In this document: positions 37,686 to 47,700 of the stretch, piece after piece
Layout: each line of letters opens with the position of its first letter
How positions within the stretch are numbered: position 1 is the stretch's first letter
Source: Monocercomonoides exilis PA203
Taxonomy: Eukaryota > Protista > Preaxostyla
Reading direction: 5' to 3'
DNA length: 64,000 bases
NCBI GenBank assembly: GCA_001643675.2
Contig: LSRY02000024.1
Span: forward strand, 248,001-312,000
Notes under the pieces: generated by a model
Told to the model about the DNA's origin: nothing
Database searches by the model: none
Seen by the model: the letters and a program-made list of their open reading frames with translations, nothing else
Position numbers and translations under genes: made by a program

Positions 37686-39114
37686 TCAAACATTCACAAA
37701 ATAATCAGAAATATTCGTTGGCAATTTTTCAAAATACTTTCTGCTTAGAAAAGGAAGTATTTCATAAAAGCTTATGATGACATCTTCGTATCCTTCTTCT
37801 TCCATTTTTTCAAAAGCCTTTCTTTTTGTTGCTTTTCTTTTCACTTCTTCCATTTCATCTTTCTTCTTTTCTTTCAATTTCCTCAATAAATCAAGTAAAA
37901 AGAAAAAGACATTTAATGAGAGTCTATCGTCCAATGTTGGCTGCTTAATTTCCTCCAAAACGTCATCAACAGCTCCTCCTTTCATCAACTCTTCAACTTT
38001 TTCAAATCTGTTTGTTGTTCTTTTTAACAACACAAGGCATTGCTCACTAATTTCTCTGTAATTATCCCTTGATGCTCTGAACAACCTTGTTATGCTACCA
38101 ATCAGCCAAACAAAATCTTCATTCCACAATTTGAAACAGAGAAAATATTCTTCCAAGGTTCTCAGCCATCTCAATATAATTAGCTCTTTTTTTTTATCTT
38201 TTCTTCTTTCATCTTTCTCCTCTTCTTTCTCTTTCTTCCAATCAATGCATTTCATCAACTCTTCCAGTTCTCTTACTGCCTCTCTTCCAAAATGCAGTTC
38301 ATTCACAATCACTTGCCCCAGGCTTCTGTCTTGGAATAATCGGCTAATTAAAAACCTCCAAGCAGACTGATACGCAAGTCGCGTCAGATTGCCACATTTC
38401 TGATGATATTCGATAATTTCTTTGATTTCCTTCAAGTACAGTTTTTGTTCGATAAACTAAGTATAAAAAAAATAAAATCCAAAAACATATCAAAAAATAA
38501 ATCTGTCCTTCCACATCGCAATATTGCTCAATGCCAGCAATGACAATTCCACTTCTTTTTGTGTTTCTTTGCTTTCATCTTTGTTTGCAGCCACTTTCAG
38601 AAGGCAAGGCACAATTATTGAAAGTAATTCCGAAGAGATTTCATTGGAAAGCAAAACAGTGCATTCACAAAGATCAATCAGAAGCTTTTCATTCCTTTCT
38701 TCTTTTTTCTCATCTTCTTCGATCATCTTTTTCAATCTTTTGCACAACGAAGATTTTTCAAAAAAATAACGCCATATGCCTTTCAATTTTTCCCAATATC
38801 CAATGTGTTTCAACAGCACTAGAGTATTATCCATTGATATTTTCTTTTCTTCAATCATTTTGTTGATATTATCAAATAGTTCATTCGTGAAAATAGATTC
38901 AAATTCTTCTTTATTCACTCCATCAATTATTTCATCCATTTCTTCAATTTTCTGTTTCTGCTCAGAGTCAGTGCAATACTCCAATTCACGAAGCAATTCT
39001 GAAAAAAGTATGTTGAAAGAAATTCAAAAATCATGAATTCAATTGCAATAATGAGTGCAAACCATTGAATCCTTTTGTAACGCTCATCATCTGCTTTTTG
39101 AAATTACAATGCAT
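37686..39114 (-). CDS. Unknown alpha-helical family protein, copy D (two introns)
   Basis: ATG at 39114. Intron 1 (GTTTGC..TTTTCAG) gives SVTKGFNE-LLRELEYC. ORFs 38490..38996 and 37686..38435 end in NISDYFVNV*. Confidence 0.8.
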
Positions 39115-41758
39115 CCAGAAAACAACATGTTTTCATCATTCGCATTGAATTCGCATATGTTTGGATAGATGAAATTGGAGAATAATTAAATCTCAAAATT
39201 GTCATATACATATGAGCGTTCACACTGTCATTCTATGCATTTGTATGTTTTGTTGGTTATTAAAAGATTAAAAAGGTTTTATATTTCAATGATTGTTGTT
39301 ATGGATTTTATGATCAAAAAGTTATCTTTGAAACGAAATATTAATGCATAGATCGAGAATACGTGAATGAACATTACCGATTGAATTTGAAATATCATTT
39401 CCTTTGATTTCAGAAGGCAATGGTGGAGATGCAAGATTTTTGGAATTCTGTCAGACAATTTTTGAAAATTTAATGAGAAAGAAAATACATCATGTTATTT
39501 TTTGAATAAAGGCACTTGTATGTGTGCATTTTATATTGTTCTATTTGTAGCGAAGATATTTCCATCTATGACCTTTCCAAAGCCCAGGAATATGAGTTAT
39601 TGTTGAAATGGCCAATCTTCTCGTTGGAGAGCAAAACGATAGGAATGGAGCAGATTGTTGTATAGCCATTGGGAAATAAATGAAGTTACGGAAGATATAC
39701 GATTTTTATTTGGAACAAGATGTGAAAACAAATTCAGCTGATATTTTATTGAATGAAGATTTATGGAAGGAATTCTGTGAAGGACAAAATCTGCACAAAA
39801 TTTTATAGCATTTTGAAGCCTAAGGCAAAGGAGAAGCTTTTTTGGCAAGGAAAGCAACTGGCAATATCGAGGGAAGGATATTAATCTCAAAAACAAAAGG
39901 CAAGAATTGAATGAAAAAAAGGAGAACCTCAAAATGTCAATTTTATTAATAATGTTTTCCTCTGACTGTGCCATGCATACATGGAAGGCTGCGAAATTCT
40001 ATTTCTGATTCCACTTTTGCTTCAAAAGGGTGGAGAAACGCCAACCACGAGACATCCAATTATCAAATATTTGTTGGCAATCAAACAGCATTCTGTCCAA
40101 TCGCATCTGGATTTCATTCTTCGAAAGGACAGCCATTTTGAGCAAGCGAGTCGATTATCATTCGAAGTTTGCTTTCTTCGAAGCCACTGCCAATGAAAGG
40201 GGATTTGATGGTTTTTGTTTTCTTCATTTGTTTTCAACAAAGTCATTATTTCGCTCAGCTTCTATGTCAGTGCATGACCCATTGAATTTTGTGCCTTGGG
40301 TATTAAAGAATGCATTCCAGAAGTCCGTTCACCCACTGCACGAGCATTGAAGATGAATGCCAACTTTTTCTGTCATTCTTCCTCCTCGCCGTTGAAGCAC
40401 AGCCAATTCATTCAATTAGTTTTCATCAGGGTTTATCTTCCTCATCCGCAATCTCGTTGAATTTTGTTGCTTTCCATGCACATATTCCGAAGAGCCATAT
40501 TCTTCAAGCACAGAAACATGAATATTCCTTTCTTCTTCAGCTGCTCCACTTTGTTTGCTTCAATTATCAAATCATTATCTTCATTAACTTTGCCTTCTTC
40601 ATGTTTTCGTACTTCTTCTTCTTCTTCTTTCTCCTCTATTTCTTCCTCTTTTTATTCTTCATCATCTCCTTCTCTTTTTCTTCTTCTTCTCTTTCTCCTC
40701 CTTTTCTTTCTCCTCCTCCTCCTTCATCGCCTTCGATATTCTTCTCTTCGTCGCCGAGTTCTTTTGATTCGTCGATACCAACATACTACATTGTGCCTCC
40801 AGCCAGCCATTCTTCAGACCTTTCTGTGCCAACTTTGAAGCCTCCTTCTCCTCCCTCTCTTCCTTCTCCTCCTTCTCCTCCCAACAACACTCAACCACAT
40901 TTATTCTCTTCTTCCACATTTCTTCCTTTTGGCTGAATCCAAACAAAGCGAGAGAATCTGTTATCGAATGCTTTCTTTTCTTTTTCCTTTTTCTTTTTTG
41001 TTTTCATTTTTTGATAAAAGTTGAAACGACTTCTTTTGATTGAGATTTTTATCATGGAAATGTATTTTTTATTTTTTGAATTGTGAATTTGTGGTGAATG
41101 TTTTATGAATTAGCAGGTGGAATCTTTTTGAGTTGATTTCTGTTGAAATTGTTTCTGTTCTTGTTTTTGTTTTTATTTTCCCAATCGAAACTTTTGTATT
41201 CAATTTTTCGTGTTCTGTTTTGGAGTTATGATTTTGTTATCCTTCTCTGTGAATAATGAATGTTGTGTGATTTTTGTTTCACACACGCTTTAACAAATAG
41301 AAATATTTCTGAAGAAGCTCACCAAATGTGATTGTGAATGAGAAGTTTTGCACTCAAAATGAAAATTCTTCTTCAACTGAAAAAAACATATTCACCTTCC
41401 CTTAGTTATTTCTCAAAAACCCTTTTCCACCATGCACACAAGAATTGATTCAAAATTTCCTTGCTTTTCCAGAATAATTATAAATAATTTAATTTGTTTG
41501 AGAGCGTTTGGTAATTTTTTGGTATGTTTGTGATATTTTGAAGATTTTTAAAGATTTATCAATATATCAAAAAATTTTGTTTTTCTTAACATTAAACATG
41601 TTGTTTGAAAAATAGATGATCATCATATATGCTATAAAAGTGCGAACGGTTTTATATTTTTAAAAGTGTTTACGAAATTAGAAAATATTTTTTTGTTTTA
41701 TCCCCTTAATAAATGCACAAAAACAATTTTTCTTCGTTTCATTGATTGAGCGTTAGAG

Positions 41759-44700
41759 ATGCGATCAACAGTTATATTTTTTACAGTTCTAGCATACATT
41801 TTTATCGGTAATTTCCAGTCAACCGAACATTTCATCGAACAACAACGCGAAGAAGAGTGCAAAAACGAGAAAATATTTGTTCATCCTCAGATGCACAGAT
41901 GTCTTAAAAATTCATCTGAGCATAAAGTGTATTATAATAATTTATTGCAATACATGAATACTTTCCAACCGAGCATCAGCATGGGAAACACGGAAATTGA
42001 AGGAAAATACGAAAAACACGATTTGCAGCATGATGTGAAGGAAAACAAAAGATATTATCGGACTATTGAACCAGAAATATCAGGCAATTATCGGATGCAC
42101 CCTTTTAAAGAAATGTTAAAAGATCATATTAAAAGCAAGATTGAGGGATGTGTTTGTGCATCAAACTCATCCGTTGAGTTGAAGGAGATTGGGCTGGTTG
42201 GGGGTGAGCGTGGAAGTGCGGTACGTGGAAGGAAGGGAAGCGTGGTTGTGGTGAGGGGGTGTGTTGTGGGGATGGGGAAGGGCAATGAGGCAGGGGCATT
42301 TGATCTTTGTGGGAGCATTGGGATATTAACGAATATCACATTGAAGGGGTGGGGAAGAGGAGGAGAAATTTATTCGGGAAGGTTGTTTGGAGGGAGCGAT
42401 GAAGGAGAAGGGAGTATTTCAGTGAGTGAATCTCACTTCTCGTCTTTTTGTGTCTCATCAGCCCCATTCCTTTCATCCCCTTCAATACCTCTTGTATTCC
42501 TCTCCAAATTATCATTTTTCAACATCTCAACAGCAAATGATGCATGCCCACCTCCAACCACTTCCTTTTCCCAAACAAATTGTTTTATGAGCAGTTGCTC
42601 ATTCTCATCAGTTTGCGATGTGTATGATGGAGGGATTGTTCCCTCTCTCAGCAATCCATTGGCTTCCTTATCTGTTTCGAACACCTCCTTTGATGGATGC
42701 ACACGCACAGGAAATGTTGAATTCATTGGAAGCAAAGAAAACCCATCGAAGCCAGGGAGAAAAAACACAACAGATAATGGAACAAATTCATTTATTTGGT
42801 GCGAATGGAAAGGATCAAATGCACTGGGAAGCAATGGTTCAGAAAATGGAGCTTCGAGTGGAGGAGCTATTTTAATGAGTAATCTGGCAAATGGAATACT
42901 TTTGGCTTCTCATTGTGCATTTTATGACTGCTTTTCACTTAATGATGGAGGAGGAATAAAGTGTTATTCAATCAAAACAGCAACTATTGAAAGCAGCACT
43001 TTTAATTGTTGCATTTGCAAAAATGGATATGGAGGTGGAATGTGTATTTTATGTATTACCTTATGTACTCGGATCAGTGGATGTGACTTTCAGAATTGCA
43101 AAGCTGATAGAGGGGGAGGAGGTCTTCATCTTGTTCTTTTTAATATTTCCGGAAGAGAATGCATTGGAGAAGAAAAGGGAGAAGGAGAGAGTGCATGCAT
43201 ATTTGAGTGCAATTTCTCTTCATGCTCGCTGATGAACAGAGGAGGTGGCGGCATGTGTTGCGATGATATTCCAACAACATTCAAAATGAGGAGCATTCTG
43301 TTTTTTTCATGTTCAGCAACTTCATATGGTGGAGGATTGTATTCATTTCCAAATCGATTTGAAGCAAAAAATGATTCGTTTTATTTTTATTTTCTTTTTT
43401 TCCATGAGTGCAAATGCTTGGACAGTCCTCCATATGGGCATGATATGATATATTTCGATTATTTTAGATATTACATAAATTCTAATCCGTTTCGTGAATG
43501 TTACACCACGAATACGAATGAACAGAGAGTATGCTACGAATATTACGGGAGTAATAGTATGTATCAGCACACAGAAAAGAAGGATTGGCTGAAGGAGGGG
43601 GTGAAAGACCAATTTGTTGGAGTGGCTGGAGACGACTCAGATAAGTGGTGTGGAATAAGAATGGCAAGGCCTTGCAAGACAATCGGATTTGTTGCAGACA
43701 ATTATTTTCTGGAAATCAAGTTGAAAGTCATTTTGATGGAAGGAGATCACACGAGCGAGAAAACAACAATTGAGATTGGGGAAAAGAAGATTTCAGTCAT
43801 TGGAAAAGGAAGGGGATTAAGTGCGATTGGAATGAAAACCCTTTCATCATCTTCATCATCATCAGGAGCACTGTTCAGTGTTACAACAGGTCATTTGGGA
43901 ATGAGTCAGTTGAAGGTCGATTGCAACTCAACAGCAAGATATACGCCAAGTGTGGTTGTGGTATCTGATGGAGATGGGTTTATCTCGCTGGAGGATGTTG
44001 TGATCACAACGAGTAAAACTGGAGACTATGTGATGTCTTCGTCTGTATTTGAGGTGCCGTTATCGCAGCTGTCCATGGCTGACGTGGAGATCAAGGATAT
44101 GAAAATCTCAAAACCATTGTTCACTGAGCCTGATCTGTCATCGTCTTTTTCATCTTCTTCATCCTCTTCATCTTCTTCATCCACGCAGTTTCTGAAAGCC
44201 ACATCATCGAGAGAGAGCACTCTGGCGAATGTGACAGTTCGGAATGTGAAGCTGACAGGCGGAGATGGGGTGGTGGTGGCAAAGACAGTGGAAAAAAGAG
44301 AGACATTTGCTGTGTGGAATGCAACGATGGAAGGATGTGTGTGCGAGGATGGAAATGGGGGTGGGATGAAGATAGAACTGGAAACAGATTCAAGCAAGCT
44401 GCGAGTTGGAGCTTCATCGTTGCACACAGGAGGAACAGCAAAATTGTACAGATGCAGGAGCAGTGGATATGGAGGGGGGATGATGCTGCATCTGGCTTAT
44501 GGCTCGGAAGACTTCTCAATTGTTTCTGTGGATTTTGCAGGATGCACTGCGGCATTGGGAGGGAACTCTCTGTTTGTGAATGGGAGCAATTCAGCGAACT
44601 GGGCAATAACAAACTCAACGCTGGATGTTGAGCATGACGAATCAAAATACGATGAGCTGGTTGGATATGATCGGAGTGACACAAAAATGGGCCAATTCCC

Positions 44701-47700
44701 ACTGAATGTGTATTTGGACACTTTTCCGAAAGCAGCACATGTGGGGAAGGCGAAGAACAATCTGGGAGGATTCAACTCGTGGTTTTGTGGGTTTGACTAT
44801 TATCCGTGTGCCACCATCACCCACACTGCACAGATGCGATTTTCAGATGAAAATAAAAAAATCGAGCTGGATATTGGATTTGAGCTTGTGGAAGAGGTTG
44901 CCATGAGAGATGGCTGTGAATGGGAGATTTCATGTGCCACAAAAGGGATGGAAGTTGGTGTGAAAGCACCAGAGAATTTTCATTCTTTTTTCTTGGTTGA
45001 TATCCAGAGCAAATGTTCGATAAGAAACATCAGATTTAGCATTCCGTCTGCTCTGTCTGGTGCACCATCTCTGATTTCTTCCAACTCCTCACTCTTCACT
45101 CTCGCAGACTGTTCTGTTGTTTGTTCATCTGACTATTCCATTGGATACAGTTTTGTGAAGGTGATTGGGAGGGAAATGAAAGTGGAGCGATTGTCGATCA
45201 GAGAAACATTGAGATTTGGAGAACATTCACTGATTGAGTTTGGCGAAGGGGTGGAATCAGTTGTGTTTTGCGGATGTGAGGTGAACAACATTGAGAAGAG
45301 AAATGGAGATGGGGGATGGGTGAGTGGAGTGGTTGGAGCAGAAAGAGGGGAAGGAAGGAATGGAATGGTTATAATTGAGACGTGTGCTGTTAAGAGGTGC
45401 AGCTGCGTTTGTGGAAGAGGGGGAGGGATGAGTGTTGGAGTGAAGGGGGAAGGGAGTGTTGTTGCGAATGGGAGTTGTGTGATTGATGGGTGTGAGGCAA
45501 AGGGTTCAGGGAGAAGTGAAGGGAGAAGTGAAGGAAGAGGAGGAGGAATGATGATATCAGTTGGGGACAGAGGAAGGTTGGAGATGAAAAATATGATTTT
45601 GTCTGATTGTGAAGTGCCAACAGCAGATAGAGAAGATGAGGGAAGAGGGATTGGAGGAGGGATGTTTATAAAGCTGGCAGATCAACAGGAATCATTTGTG
45701 CTTGAAGGAATGGAATTTGAGGGATGTGATGCTTGGAAAGGGAAGAATGTGTTTATATCTGGATGGGATATGAGAGAGATTGTGAATGAGGAGCACCTGA
45801 AATGGGAGATGAGCGCAAATGATAATAATTCCTTGGATGGGTTGTGTGGATGGGAGAGGAAGACAACAGGAGAGGAGGGATATGTGATTCCATTGGTTGT
45901 GTATTTGAGGAGGAACTGGAGTGGGGATGGGTTTGTTTCGAGAGAGAAAGGAGGGGACTTCAGTGGGTGTGGGTATTCAGAAGCACCATGCTCATCAATT
46001 GATCGCTTGATATCACTTCGATATTCGCCGCTTGGAGAAGGAGAGACACACATTGCCATTGTAGGATCAGGGTTGCTGAGCCATCCCATATCATTTTCAT
46101 TTTCTTCTTCATCATCATCAATATCAGAGTCACCAAAAGTGGTGATTGAAGGGACAAAGAAAGGGACAGATGTGGCAATTTCTGATGAAGACGGGAATGC
46201 TATCAGTAGTGGTGCAATGATATCGTCGAATATGAGTCTGTCATTTTTCAATTTATCATTCACCAAACCCAGTATAACCACCAATCATGCAATATTTATT
46301 GAATCGTCAGGAACAAATACAGTATTGTCCGTTACGGACTGCTCATTTGGGTCATCGAGCGGGACTATTGAAAGTTTTGGATATTGTCTGATGAGAGTGA
46401 ATGGAGGGAGCGCAGCACTTCAGAGCTGCACGTTGAATAAGATCAACGAATTGAAAGGGTTCATAACATTCAGCCCAAGTGCGAGCCAGGTGACGATTCG
46501 GAATGTGAACATTTCATCAGCCACTTTGACAGCAAACAGCCTGATTTCGATGACAGAAGAGGAAAATCAGACGAACGGAAATGAAAACACTCGTTTGAAT
46601 GGCAACAAGCTTGTGTTGAAAGTTGTGTACTGTTCGTTTGAAACCATCAAGAACGAAGGAAGCAGTGCAAGCGTCATTGAATTGGGATCGTTTGAGAATG
46701 CGATAGATTGCACGATAGAAGAATGCACAACATCCACATGCAGGAGCGATTTGAGCACAGAAGGAGGAGGAATGAAAGTGGTGCTGAAGAGTGGAGAATC
46801 AGTGTTGAAAGTGAATGGGAGCTCGTTTTCGATGTGCAAGTGCTCGACTGAGACAGGACGAGGAGGAGGGCTGTTCATCGATGGAGCAGACTCGAATACC
46901 AATTATGCTGATGCATTTAACTTTCCGCCTCTTAATTTCAAGATTGTGAATATCTTGTTCAGGATGAACGACGCATTTGTTGGGAAAGACATATTCATCA
47001 AATTCCATTCTATTGAGCACCAGATCAACGAAACACTGTTCTCGCTGAACTACAACCAGGAATCATTTGGCACAAACAACTCCATCTGTGGGAGGGATGC
47101 AATCAATGAGATTGATGTTGATCTGATTCCGATGATCACATTCTATTATTCGGCTCAGGTGTTTGTGAATGGAACAGGGACTGACAACAGACGATGCGGG
47201 TCTCAGAGCTATCCATGCATGAGCATCAACTGTGGGGTTGACCACATTCAGGAAGGAGTAATGAATGCGATTCTGATTGATGGAGAAGGGGTTGTGACAG
47301 AGGAATGTGTGATTGGAGATCTGAATGTGAATTCTGTCAAAAAGACGCAGGGGATTGTTCGGCTGAACTCCAAGATTGAGAAATCAGCAGAGAAGGATTG
47401 TGTGATGGAGTTTGTGAATGAATGTTCAGTGGAGAGGTGCTCGTTCCAGTTTGAAGATGGATTTGAGTCAACTCACAATTGTCTCATGAAAGTGAAGAAT
47501 GGATCACTGGAGATCCAAAAATGCGAGTTCTATTCATCAGTAACTACAGTTGAGTTGAAGTTGAACAGTTCAATTGTGAGTGTGGAAAGTGGAGAGCTGA
47601 AGATATCGGAAACAATAATTAGAGATATTTATTCAACAAAATCAATTCTTTCTTTTCGTGAAGAATCAGAAGTGACAATTGTTGAAACAAGAATGTCGAA

